A DNA stretch of 64,000 nucleotides from Gemmatimonadales bacterium (GTDB lineage Bacteria; Gemmatimonadota; Gemmatimonadetes; Gemmatimonadales; GWC2-71-9). The translations under genes and the position numbers were made by a program. Where the stretch lies: contig DASWHL010000137.1 of the NCBI GenBank assembly GCA_036398175.1, positions 8,295 through 72,294 on the forward strand, read 5' to 3'. Shown here piece by piece: positions 38,666-48,102 of the stretch. How positions within the stretch are numbered: position 1 is the first letter of the stretch; each line of letters begins with the position of its first letter. The notes beneath the pieces are model-generated. The model was given only the letters and a program-made list of their open reading frames with translations. It was not told the DNA's origin and made no database searches.

Positions 38666-40864
38666 CTACCGCACCCGGATCACGTTCAGCCGGCCGACCA
38701 CGCTGGTGGGCAGCGCGGTGCCGCCGGGCTGGGTCAGGCGCAGCGTGAAGCCGCCGTCGCCCGGCGCCTGCCGCAGGCGCAGGTACTCGCCCGACCCCGC
38801 GTGCAGCGTGCCGTCCAGTTGCACGGTCAGGGGGGACGCGATCGGCGGATCAATCGGGAACGGCTTGGTGAAACGGGACGGCAGCTGGGTGTTCAGGCTG
38901 GCGTACGTCGTCCGGAATGCCCAGGTCGTGTACCGGAGCCGGGACGGCGCCGTGAACCCCGGCAGGTCCGAGACCCAGTTGGCCAGGAACCACTGCGTGA
39001 TCAGCCGGTCGAACGGCACGCCGACGACCGTGGCCACGTTGGTCGCCCCGGTCAGGGAGGTTTCGACGAGACGCCGGGTGGCCCCCGGTCCGTACTGGTC
39101 GAGCAGCCAGCGCAGGAACAGCCACGCCGCCCCCCGCTCCTCCAGCGTCCCGGTCCCGGCCAGCGGCAGCGCGAACGACGCTCCCGGATTGCTGAGATAG
39201 AGGTAGCCGTTGTAGAGGTCGCCGATCGCGAACCGCGAGAACAACGTGTCCTGCCCCTTCGCCTCGAAGTGCAGGCCCGCCAGCTCCTCCGAGATGTGCG
39301 ACAGCCCTTCGTTCAGCCAGAGGACTTCCGACGACGCGTTCCGCACCAGCACGTGCTGGTAGTAGCTGATCATGTGCTGGAACTCGTGGATGAACGTCAC
39401 CGGCACCAGTCGGCGCACGCCGTCCGAGCTGAGCGTGCACGTCACCGTGCCCGCGGGATCCGGCGCGACGGCGTAGAACACCTCGCCGCGATTCGAGCGC
39501 GGGTCCGTCTGGAACGCCGGATCAATGTCAATCCCGAAGAAATAGCCCGTGATGACCGACGACGCGCACTGCTCCGTGGGCGTCAGGCGGTTGACCTCCG
39601 GCGAGAACAGCACGATCACCACGCCGTTCCGGTCCGCGTCCGACTCCGAGCCGAACGCCGTCGTCGCCACGCCGTACAGGTCCGAGTCGAACAGCGCCCC
39701 GAGCGCCTGGTAATCGGTGGCGGTGAACCCGCCGGCGGGCGCCGCCTGGTCCACGAACAGCGCCGCGTGCGCGCCGACGTACTCCGCCCGCCCCGACACG
39801 GTCGCGAAATCGTTCACGCTCGAGCAGGGGATGTTGTTGCACACCTCGAACGACCGCGTGTCGCCCACCTTCACGGTGGGCGTCTCGACGGGCGAGAGCT
39901 GCACGGCCGCCAGCGCGGACCGTGGACGCAGCGCGGCGTCCGCCTCCTGGCGGCGCAGCTCGTCGTGGAAGCGGGCGGCAAACGGCAGCGGCGTCTGGCC
40001 GGCCCCCGCGCTGCGCTGCTGCACCACCACCACCACCGCCGGGTCGCCCGAAAGCCGGAACGCCGAAGACACGCCCGCCACGCCGGAGGCCGACTGCGGC
40101 GCCACGAGGTACTCCACCGTGTCCGCGCCGGCCGAGGGGAAGGTCACGCATCCCGGCAGCTGGCCCGGATCAACGGCCGCATACTCGCCTGCCCCGAGCG
40201 TCACCGGTGCGAGCGTGCTCGCGTACGTGCCCGACAGCGCGTTGGACTCGGCGCCGGCCGCCCGGGCGCGAATCTGCACGATCCCCGGCACCAGGCAGGG
40301 CGGCACCACTACCGTGAGCGACGTCGCCAGCCCCGACACGACGTGGGCCGGCGCGCCGGCGATGTGCACCTCCGCCCCCGTGAGCGCGCTGCCCGCGAGC
40401 ACCACGGTATCCCCGGCCGTGAAGTCGCTCGGTGTCACCGACGTGAGCTGCGGGGGCGCCGTCGCCGTAGCCGTGAGGACCACCGTGGCGTTCGGCGCGT
40501 CCGCGGGGGAGGCCTGCACGCGGTACGTCCCCGCCACCGGCCCGAGCCGCAGGGCCACTTCGGCGCGGCCGTTCCCGTCCGCCACGGTCGCCGTGTCCGA
40601 CAGGACTGCCCCGCTGCCCTCGATCACCTGCCACCGCACCCGCGCGCGCGGCACCGCGTCGTTGGACGTGGCCCGCGCGACCACCGCCAGCGCCGCGGGC
40701 AACGGCGCGCCCGCCGGCGCGCTCTGCCCGTCCGAGCTGGCCACGACATCGAGCGACGCCGCACTCGGCAACGGGTCGCTGCCGCCGCAGGCGGCCGCCA
40801 CGGTCACCCCGGCAAGGAAGAGCCACCGGGCGCCCCGGGGCTCGCGAACGGCGGTCATCGTCAT
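38666..40864 (-). CDS. secreted HExxH metalloprotease with Ig-like (Big/IPT) domains, M30(hyicolysin)-like
   Basis: ATG 40864: MTMTAVREPRGARWLFLAGVTVAAACGG (signal, possible lipobox). IPT-like PQLTSVTPSDFTAGDTVVLAGSAL. Catalytic FIHEFQHMISYYQH...WLNEGLSHISEE. C-terminal beta segment SGEYLRLRQ...GRLNVIRVR. Confidence 0.7.
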   Translation of the reverse strand: MTMTAVREPRGARWLFLAGVTVAAACGGSDPLPSAASLDVVASSDGQSAPAGAPLPAALAVVARATSNDAVPRARVRWQVIEGSGAVLSDTATVADGNGRAEVALRLGPVAGTYRVQASPADAPNATVVLTATATAPPQLTSVTPSDFTAGDTVVLAGSALTGAEVHIAGAPAHVVSGLATSLTVVVPPCLVPGIVQIRARAAGAESNALSGTYASTLAPVTLGAGEYAAVDPGQLPGCVTFPSAGADTVEYLVAPQSASGVAGVSSAFRLSGDPAVVVVVQQRSAGAGQTPLPFAARFHDELRRQEADAALRPRSALAAVQLSPVETPTVKVGDTRSFEVCNNIPCSSVNDFATVSGRAEYVGAHAALFVDQAAPAGGFTATDYQALGALFDSDLYGVATTAFGSESDADRNGVVIVLFSPEVNRLTPTEQCASSVITGYFFGIDIDPAFQTDPRSNRGEVFYAVAPDPAGTVTCTLSSDGVRRLVPVTFIHEFQHMISYYQHVLVRNASSEVLWLNEGLSHISEELAGLHFEAKGQDTLFSRFAIGDLYNGYLYLSNPGASFALPLAGTGTLEERGAAWLFLRWLLDQYGPGATRRLVETSLTGATNVATVVGVPFDRLITQWFLANWVSDLPGFTAPSRLRYTTWAFRTTYASLNTQLPSRFTKPFPIDPPIASPLTVQLDGTLHAGSGEYLRLRQAPGDGGFTLRLTQPGGTALPTSVVGRLNVIRVR

Positions 40865-40965
40865 GGAAACCCTCGGGTAGCGAGCAGGTTCGCCGGGCCG
40901 TCCCGGTAGGCGCAAAAACGCGCTAACTCAATATTCTACAAGGAAATAGCAACGTTTGGGCCGCT

Positions 40966-40995
40966 TTGACAAGGGCGGCGCTCCACGTGTAGTTT
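40966..40995 (+). promoter_or_regulatory. candidate sigma70-type promoter for dnaE
   Basis: TTGACA (40966..40971), 18-nt spacer, TAGTTT (40990..40995), preceded by an AT-rich stretch. The -10 ends 9 nt before the dnaE ATG. Confidence 0.4.
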
Positions 40996-41004
40996 ACCCA
41001 ACCC

Positions 41005-44000
41005 ATGGCGTTCGCTCACCTTCACACGCACTCCGAGTACTCCCTCCTCGACGGCGCCAACCGTATCCCGGACCTGGTGGCGCGCGTGAAGGAACTCGGC
41101 ATGGACAGTCTGGCCATCACCGACCATGGCAATCTCCACGCCGCGTGGTCGTTCTACGAGGCGGCCAAGGCGGGGGGCATCCGTCCGATCATCGGCTGCG
41201 AGGCGTACGTCGCCTTCGGGTCGCGCCTCGCACGCGAGAAACCCGCGGACGCGCCGGCGCAGTACTCGCACCTCGTGCTCCTCGCCCGGAACCGCGCGGG
41301 CTACCGGAATCTCGTCAAGCTCTCCTCCATCGGCTATCTGGAGGGCTTCTACCGGCGGCCGCGCATTGACAGGGAAGTCCTGTTCGAGCACCGCGAGGGC
41401 CTGATCGGTCTCGCCGCCTGCCTTTCGGGCGAGATCGCGCTCTATCTCCGGCAGCAACAGTACGACCGCGCCCGCCGGTCCGCCGCGTGGTTCGCCGAGA
41501 CGTTCGGGCCGGACGGCTTCTGGCTCGAGGTGCAGGACCACGGCATTCCCGAGGAACGCATCGTCCGGGAGGGCATGTTCCAGCTCGCCGAGGACCTCGG
41601 CCTGCCGGTCGTCGCCACCAACGACGCCCACTACCTGCGGCGCGAGGACCACGAGGCGCACGACTGCCTGCTGGCCATCGGCACGGGCAAGGACCTCGAC
41701 GATCCGAACCGGTTCCGGTTCACCGGCGAGGAGAGCTACATCAAGACGGAAGACGAGATGCGCGCGCTCTTCCCCGACCGGCCCGACGTGCTCGCCAACA
41801 CCCAGCGGGTGGCGGACCTGTGCGAGTTCGACTTCGAGAAGCGCTACTACCTCCCCAGGTTCCCGCTGCCGGAAGGCTACGACTCCGACAACGCGCTGCT
41901 CGTGGAGCTGGCGACCCGCGGGGCCGAGCGCCGGTACGGCACGCCGCTCCCCGAGCGGGTGGCCGAGCGCCTGCGCTACGAGCTCGACGTGATCGTGACG
42001 ACCGGGTACGCCGGCTACTTCCTGATCGTTCAGGACTTCATTCAGGCGGCGCGCGACCGCGGCATCCCGGTCGGGCCCGGGCGCGGCTCGGCCGCCGGCT
42101 CGCTCGTGGCCTACGGGCTCGGGATCACCAACGTGGACCCGCTCCGGTTCGATCTGCTCTTCGAGCGGTTCCTGAACCCCGAGCGGATCTCCATGCCGGA
42201 CATTGACGTGGACTTCTGCTTCGAGCGGCGGGGCGAGGTCATTGACTACGTCCGCGAGCGCTACGGCCGGTCGAGCGTCGGCCAGATCATCACGTTCGGC
42301 ACGCTCAAGGCGCGGGCCGCCCTGCGGGACATCGCGCGCGTGCTCCGCGTGCCTCCCGCCGACGCCGACCGCATGGCCAAGCTCGTGCCGTCCGGCGCCG
42401 CGTTCGCGCTGTCGGTGGCCGACGCGGTGGACAAGGTGCCGGAGTTGCGCGAGCTGGTCCGGACCGACGCCACGGCCGCGCGGGTCGTGGACCTGGCGCA
42501 GCGGATCGAAGGGCTGGCCCGCCATGCCTCGGTGCACGCCGCGGGCATCGTGATCGCTCCGGGCCCCCTCGACGAGTACGTGCCGGTCTGCACCCAGCCG
42601 CAGCAGCGTGGCGCGGACGACGACGACGTCCGCATCACGCAGTTCGACATGATCGGCCTCGAGAAGGTCGGCATGCTGAAGATGGACTTCCTGGGCCTCC
42701 GCACGCTCACGGTGATCCACGACGCCGTGGCCATGATCGCGGAGCGTCGCGGCATCACCGTGGACGTGGACGCGCTGGACCTCGACGACCCGGACGTGTA
42801 CGCCTTGCTCCGGACGGGGCGCACGGCCGGCGTCTTCCAGTTCGAGTCGCCGCTCGCCACCGACATGCTCCGCCAGATGCGCTGCGACCGGTTCGACGAC
42901 CTCGTGGTCACCAACGCGCTCATGCGGCCGGGCCCGCTCGATTCGGGCATGCACCTGGTGTTCATCCGGCGCAAGCGCGGCGAGGAGCCGGTCCGCTATC
43001 CGCACCCCGCCCTCGAGGACGCGCTCCAACCCACGTTCGGCGTCATCGTGTACCAGGAACAGGTCATGCGGATCGCCAACCTGCTCGCGGGCTTCTCCCT
43101 CGCCGAGGCGGACGTGCTTCGCAAGGCCGTGGGCAAGAAAGACCCCGAGCTGATCCGCAGGGAGCTGACCCGGTTCAGCGACCGGGCCGCGGCCCTGGGG
43201 CACGACCCCCGGGTCATCCAGGACCTGGCGGCCCAGATCGAGACGTTCGGCCGCTACGGATTCCCCAAGGCGCACAGCGTCGCCTACTCCGTCATCTCGT
43301 TCCAGACGGCCTGGCTCAAGGCGCACTATCCGGCCGAGTTCATGGCCGCGCTGCTTTCCTCGGAAATCGGCAACACCGACAAGGTCGTCGCCTACATCAA
43401 CGAAGCGCGCGAGCTGGGACTGCGCGTCCTCCCGCCCTCCGTGAACGAGTCCGGCTGGAAGTTCACGGTGACCGGCGACACCGAGATGCGCTTCGGGCTC
43501 GGCGCTGTCCGGAACGTGGGGCGCGGCGCCATCGAGTCCATCCTGGAGGCGCGCGGCGCGGACGGCCCGTTCACCGGCCTCGCGGACCTCTGCGACCGGA
43601 TAGATCTCCGGCTCGGCAACAAGCGCGTCCTGGAGTCGCTCATCGCGGCCGGCGCGCTGGACCAGCTCGGCGGGCATCGCGCGCAGCTGCTCGCGGCCCT
43701 CGACACGGCGTTGCGGGAGGCGCAGCTCCGCCAGGCGGAGCGGGAGGCCGGCCAGGGCACGCTGTTCGGCGATGGCGGCACCGTGTCCGGGCCGGTGGCC
43801 CCCGTCCCCCTGCCGGAGGTGCCGGCCTGGTCCGAGACCGAACGGCTGGCCAGGGAAAAGGAGGTCGTCGGCTTCTTCATTTCCGGCCACCCGCTCGATC
43901 GGTTCCGCGAGGAGGTGGCGCTGTTCGGGACGCGTACCACCGGCACGCTGGGGCAATGGAGCGAGCACCAGGTAACGGCCGCGGTCGTGGTGACGGGCGT

Positions 44001-44484
44001 GAAGCGCCAGATCAGCAAGAAGACCGGCGCGGAGTACGCCCGCCTCGTGCTCGAGGACTTCCATGGGACCGCCGAAGCCCTGGTGTTCCCGGAGGCGTGG
44101 AGCAAGCTTTCCCAGGTCGTCCTCCCGGACGCCCTGCTCCTCCTCACGGGCGGCTACAGCCCGCGCGACCGTGGCGAGGAGCACGCGCCGTTCATCGTGG
44201 ACGACGCGGTCCCGCTGGGCGAGTTGCGCGAACGGGGCGTCGTGGGGCTGGAGCTGACCTGGCGGGCCGGCGCGGCGCCGGAGCCCGGCGCGATCCGCGC
44301 CGCGGCGGCTCTCTGTGCCGCCCACCCGGGCCCCTCCCCCGTGTTCGTCGCCTGGAGCGACGGGAACGGCAGCAAGGCGCGGCTCCGGGCCCGCCACCTC
44401 CGGGTGGACGTGAACGAAGAGCTGGTCCACGCGCTCCGCGACGTGCTCGGCACGGAGCGGGTGCGGCTGACGAAGGCGAGGTGA
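41005..44484 (+). CDS. dnaE: DNA polymerase III alpha subunit
   Basis: 1159 aa. PHP domain FAHLHTHSEYSLLDG, polymerase core GRGSAAGSLVAY and PDIDVDF, and an OB-fold region. Confidence 0.97.
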   Translation: MAFAHLHTHSEYSLLDGANRIPDLVARVKELGMDSLAITDHGNLHAAWSFYEAAKAGGIRPIIGCEAYVAFGSRLAREKPADAPAQYSHLVLLARNRAGYRNLVKLSSIGYLEGFYRRPRIDREVLFEHREGLIGLAACLSGEIALYLRQQQYDRARRSAAWFAETFGPDGFWLEVQDHGIPEERIVREGMFQLAEDLGLPVVATNDAHYLRREDHEAHDCLLAIGTGKDLDDPNRFRFTGEESYIKTEDEMRALFPDRPDVLANTQRVADLCEFDFEKRYYLPRFPLPEGYDSDNALLVELATRGAERRYGTPLPERVAERLRYELDVIVTTGYAGYFLIVQDFIQAARDRGIPVGPGRGSAAGSLVAYGLGITNVDPLRFDLLFERFLNPERISMPDIDVDFCFERRGEVIDYVRERYGRSSVGQIITFGTLKARAALRDIARVLRVPPADADRMAKLVPSGAAFALSVADAVDKVPELRELVRTDATAARVVDLAQRIEGLARHASVHAAGIVIAPGPLDEYVPVCTQPQQRGADDDDVRITQFDMIGLEKVGMLKMDFLGLRTLTVIHDAVAMIAERRGITVDVDALDLDDPDVYALLRTGRTAGVFQFESPLATDMLRQMRCDRFDDLVVTNALMRPGPLDSGMHLVFIRRKRGEEPVRYPHPALEDALQPTFGVIVYQEQVMRIANLLAGFSLAEADVLRKAVGKKDPELIRRELTRFSDRAAALGHDPRVIQDLAAQIETFGRYGFPKAHSVAYSVISFQTAWLKAHYPAEFMAALLSSEIGNTDKVVAYINEARELGLRVLPPSVNESGWKFTVTGDTEMRFGLGAVRNVGRGAIESILEARGADGPFTGLADLCDRIDLRLGNKRVLESLIAAGALDQLGGHRAQLLAALDTALREAQLRQAEREAGQGTLFGDGGTVSGPVAPVPLPEVPAWSETERLAREKEVVGFFISGHPLDRFREEVALFGTRTTGTLGQWSEHQVTAAVVVTGVKRQISKKTGAEYARLVLEDFHGTAEALVFPEAWSKLSQVVLPDALLLLTGGYSPRDRGEEHAPFIVDDAVPLGELRERGVVGLELTWRAGAAPEPGAIRAAAALCAAHPGPSPVFVAWSDGNGSKARLRARHLRVDVNEELVHALRDVLGTERVRLTKAR

Positions 44485-44488
44485 TCGC

Positions 44489-45445
44489 ATGGCGTTCGAG
44501 CTGGAATTCGAAAAGCCCCTGCTCGACCTGGAACGCCAGATCGCCCACCTGAAGCGACTGGCCGAGGACCAGCGGCTGGACGTGGACGCGGAGATCGAGC
44601 CGCTCACGCAGCGGCTCACCGAGCTGCGCCGGGACATCTACCGCGAGCTGACCCCCATGCAGCGGGTCCAGGTGGCACGCCACCCGCGGCGTCCCTACCC
44701 GCTGGACTACATCCGCGCCGCGTTCACCGAGTTCACGGAGCTGCGCGGCGACCGCCTGTTCCGCGACGATCCCGCCGTCGTGGGCGGGTGGGCGCGGCTC
44801 GATGGCCGGCCGGTGGTCGTGATCGGCCAGCAGAAGGGCCGCGACACCAAGGAGAACCTCTACCGCAACTTCGGCATGCCCCATCCGGAAGGGTACCGCA
44901 AGGCGCTCCGCCTGATGCACTTGGCGGAACGGTTCGGCGCGCCGGTGATCACCCTGATAGACACGCCGGGCGCCTACCCCGGGCTGGGAGCCGAGGAACG
45001 CGGCCAGGCCGAGGCGATCGCGCGGAATCTCGAGGAGATGGCCCGGCTCCGGACCCCGCTCGTGGCCGCGGTGATCGGCGAAGGGGGCTCGGGCGGCGCG
45101 CTCGCCCTGGGCCTCGCCGACCACGTCCTGATGTTCGAGAACGCCGTGTATTCCGTCATTTCCCCCGAAGGGTGCGCGGCCATCCTCTGGAAGGACGCCA
45201 CGCAGAAGGAGCGCGCCGCGCGGGCCCTGCGGCTCACCGCCGGCGACCTCCTCGCCCTCGGCATCGTGGACACGATCATTGACGAGCCCGCGGGCGGCGC
45301 CCACGCCAGCCCCAAGCGCGCGGCCGTCATGCTGCGCGCGGCCCTCGTGGCCGCCGTGAACGGACTCGTGGACCTGTCGCCGGACGACCTCCCGGCCCGC
45401 CGCGCCGAGAAGTTCCTCCGCATGGGCCGGTTCGGGGAAGGCTGA
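44489..45445 (+). CDS. accA: acetyl-CoA carboxylase carboxyltransferase alpha subunit
   Basis: 318 aa. FRDDPAVVGGWARLDGRPVVVIGQQKG, IDTPGAYPGLGAEERGQ, GEGGSGGALA. Confidence 0.95.
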   Translation: MAFELEFEKPLLDLERQIAHLKRLAEDQRLDVDAEIEPLTQRLTELRRDIYRELTPMQRVQVARHPRRPYPLDYIRAAFTEFTELRGDRLFRDDPAVVGGWARLDGRPVVVIGQQKGRDTKENLYRNFGMPHPEGYRKALRLMHLAERFGAPVITLIDTPGAYPGLGAEERGQAEAIARNLEEMARLRTPLVAAVIGEGGSGGALALGLADHVLMFENAVYSVISPEGCAAILWKDATQKERAARALRLTAGDLLALGIVDTIIDEPAGGAHASPKRAAVMLRAALVAAVNGLVDLSPDDLPARRAEKFLRMGRFGEG

Positions 45446-45449
45446 TCCG

Positions 45450-46565
45450 ATGCCGGCGCTCGTCGAAGTCCGGTTCAAGGGCAACCGGAAGGACTACTTC
45501 ACCTGGGACCAGTCGGATCCCCTGGCCGCCGGCCAGTCGGTGATCGTGGCGGTGGATCGGGGCGAGGACTACGGCACCGTGTCCGCGGTCGGACCGGCCG
45601 CCGAGCGCAAGTGCGGCGTCGGCTGTTCCGGCTGCGCGGTGGGTGCCGCCGCGCCCGAGCCGCGCGGCGCCGTCATGCGCGCGGCCACCACCGAGGATGC
45701 GCACCTCGCGGGCGAGCTGCGCAAGGCCGAAGACGACGTGCGGCGCACCGTCATGCAGCGCGCCGCCACGTACCGCCTCGGCATGAAGATCTCGGACGCG
45801 GAGTGGCAGTGGGACCGCCGCAAGCTCACCGTCTACTTCACGGCCGAGCAGCGGGTGGACTTCCGGGCGCTCGTGCGGGACCTGGCCGGCCTCTTCCGGA
45901 CCCGCATCGAATTGCGCCAGATCGGCGCGCGGGACGAGGCCAAGCGCCTCGAGGGCGTCGGCCGGTGCGGGCGGGAGTACTGCTGCTCGTCCTGGCTGCC
46001 GGAGCTCCGGCCCGTGAGCCTGGCGCTGGCCAAGGACCAGCGCCTGTCCCTGAACCCCTCCCAGATCTCGGGCGGCTGCGGACGCCTGCTCTGCTGCCTG
46101 CGCTACGAGCACGAGTTCTACGTCGGCAGCCGCAAGCGCTTCCCCAAGGAGGGGAAGTTCCTGACGACCTCGCGCGGCCAGGAACGGGTCCAGGCCGTGG
46201 ACATCTTCCGGGAGCGTGTTCACCTCCGCGGGGCCGACGGCGCCAGCCGCACGGTCACCCTGGCCGAGCTCAAGGACGAGCTGGCCGGCGCGCCGCCCGC
46301 GCCGGCGCCCCCGGCAACCGACCCGCTGCCGCCCGCCCAACTCGTCACCTTCGACGAGGGCTCGAGCGACGTGACCCCCGAGCGCACCCTCGACGCCGTG
46401 GCGCCGGGCCAGAAGCGCGGCAAGCGCCGGCGCCGCCGCGGCCGCCGCGGTGGCCGCCACCGTACGTCGGGCGAGCAGACCGGTGACGGAGCCGCGCCGC
46501 CGGACCCCGGCGACGCCGCGCCGGACGCCGCGGACGACGCCGGGAACCCCGATGACGGGGAGTAG
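45450..46565 (+). CDS. PSP1 domain protein (YaaT/RicT-like)
   Basis: 371 aa. LVEVRFKGNRKDYF, KLTVYFTAEQRVDFRALVRDLAGLFRTRIELRQIGARD, and Cys cluster CGREYCCSSW..GGCGRLLCCL. Basic then acidic low-complexity tail. Confidence 0.85.
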   Translation: MPALVEVRFKGNRKDYFTWDQSDPLAAGQSVIVAVDRGEDYGTVSAVGPAAERKCGVGCSGCAVGAAAPEPRGAVMRAATTEDAHLAGELRKAEDDVRRTVMQRAATYRLGMKISDAEWQWDRRKLTVYFTAEQRVDFRALVRDLAGLFRTRIELRQIGARDEAKRLEGVGRCGREYCCSSWLPELRPVSLALAKDQRLSLNPSQISGGCGRLLCCLRYEHEFYVGSRKRFPKEGKFLTTSRGQERVQAVDIFRERVHLRGADGASRTVTLAELKDELAGAPPAPAPPATDPLPPAQLVTFDEGSSDVTPERTLDAVAPGQKRGKRRRRRGRRGGRHRTSGEQTGDGAAPPDPGDAAPDAADDAGNPDDGE

Positions 46566-48051
46566 GTTCTACCTCACCACCGCCATTGATTACGCGAACG
46601 GCGAGCCCCACCTCGGGCACGCGTTCGAGAAGATCGGGGCGGACTGCATTGCCCGCTACCGCCGCCTGCGCGGCGACCAGGTCCACTTCGTGATCGGCAT
46701 GGACGAGCACGGCCAGAAGGTGGCCCAGGCCGCCGAGGAGGCCGGCGTCGCGCCCCAGGCCTGGGTGGACGATATCGCGGCCCGCTTCACCGCCACGTGG
46801 GCCGAGCTGGCCATCAGCCACGACGACTTCATCCGCACCACCGAGCCCCGGCACCGCCGCACCGTCCAGGAGCTGTTCCGCCGCATCCAGGCCAACGGCC
46901 ACATCTACGAAGGCATCTACCGCGGCTACTACTGCGTGGGCTGCGAGGGCTTCAAGCTGGAAAAGGACCTCGACGCCGAGGGCCGCTGTCCGATTCACCC
47001 CACGCGCGAGATCAAGTGGGTCGAGGAGCCCAACTTCTTCTTCCGCCTCTCGGCATTCGGGCCGTGGCTGCTCGAACGCTACGACGCGGATCCATCGTTC
47101 GTCCGCCCCAGGGCCAAGATGAACGAGATCCGGAACGTCGTGGCCGACGGGCTCCAGGACATCTCGGTGAGCCGCGCCCGCGTCCCGTGGGGCATCCCCT
47201 GGCCGGGTGACGAGTCCCACACCGTCTACGTCTGGTTCGAGGCCCTGATCAACTACCTCTCGGCCACCGGGTTTCCCGACCCCGCGTACACCGCGCTCTG
47301 GCCCGCCAACCTGCACGTGATCGGGCCGGACATCGTCCGCTTCCATGCCGCCATGTGGCCCGCCATGCTCCACGCCGCGGGCCTCGAGCCCCCGCGCGGT
47401 GTGTGGTCGCACGGGTGGATCAACACGCAGGGCGAGCGGTTTTCCAAGAGCGCGGGAGTGCGCGTGAGCCTGCGGGAGATCGTGGACCGCCGCGGCCCGG
47501 ATCCGCTGCGCTACTTCCTGCTGCGCGAAGTGCCCTGGGACGGCGATGGCAACTTCTCGTTCGACCGCTTCGACGCGCGCTACACGTCGGATCTGGCCGA
47601 TGGCTATGGCAACCTCGTGAGCCGCGTCCTCGCCATGCTCGTGCGGTATCTCGACGCCGCCGTTCCCGGGCGCGGCGCGCTGACCCCGCTGGACCAGGCC
47701 ACGACCGCCGCCTGGACACGCTACACCGACGCCATGGACCGGTATCTCCTGCATGAGGGCGCGGCCGCCGCGATGGCGCTCGTCGCCGAGGCGAACGGGT
47801 TCATCGAAACGCGCGCGCCGTGGGCCATGGCCAAACAGGGAAACCGCGCTGCGCTCGCCGACACGCTCGGCGCGCTCGCCGATACCGTGCAGGTTCTCAC
47901 GCTGATGCTCTCGCCGTTCCTCCCGGCCAAGACCGCCATCGTGTGGCACGCCCTCGGCAATCGCGCCGACGTGATACCCGTCACCGGAGAGCTTCCCTCG
48001 CCTGCCGGCCAACGTGTCGAAAAGATCACTCCCCTGTTCCCGAAGCCATAG
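46552..48051 (+). CDS. metG: methionine-tRNA ligase (short form)
   Basis: ATG 46552 (14-nt overlap with PSP1). AIDYANGEPHLGHAFE (HIGH), zinc knuckle CVGCEGF..CPIH, RFSKSAG (KMSKS). Confidence 0.95.
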   Translation: MTGSRFYLTTAIDYANGEPHLGHAFEKIGADCIARYRRLRGDQVHFVIGMDEHGQKVAQAAEEAGVAPQAWVDDIAARFTATWAELAISHDDFIRTTEPRHRRTVQELFRRIQANGHIYEGIYRGYYCVGCEGFKLEKDLDAEGRCPIHPTREIKWVEEPNFFFRLSAFGPWLLERYDADPSFVRPRAKMNEIRNVVADGLQDISVSRARVPWGIPWPGDESHTVYVWFEALINYLSATGFPDPAYTALWPANLHVIGPDIVRFHAAMWPAMLHAAGLEPPRGVWSHGWINTQGERFSKSAGVRVSLREIVDRRGPDPLRYFLLREVPWDGDGNFSFDRFDARYTSDLADGYGNLVSRVLAMLVRYLDAAVPGRGALTPLDQATTAAWTRYTDAMDRYLLHEGAAAAMALVAEANGFIETRAPWAMAKQGNRAALADTLGALADTVQVLTLMLSPFLPAKTAIVWHALGNRADVIPVTGELPSPAGQRVEKITPLFPKP

Positions 48052-48066
48052 CCGACGCTATAACTC

Positions 48067-48082
48067 GTTGTTTTATAACAAC
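48067..48082. promoter_or_regulatory. AT-rich inverted repeat GTTGTT-TTAT-AACAAC downstream of metG / upstream of M23 gene
   Basis: Read directly. Flanked by two TATAAC hexamers (48059 and 48074) and followed by GAAGGAGG (48085..48092). Confidence 0.3.
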
Positions 48083-48102
48083 TTGAAGGAGGCCCGCCAG
48101 GG

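Noticed and set aside
40936-44637. 1233-aa ORF antisense to dnaE
   Set aside because: Opposite strand is a textbook DnaE. The antisense translation is compositionally biased junk.
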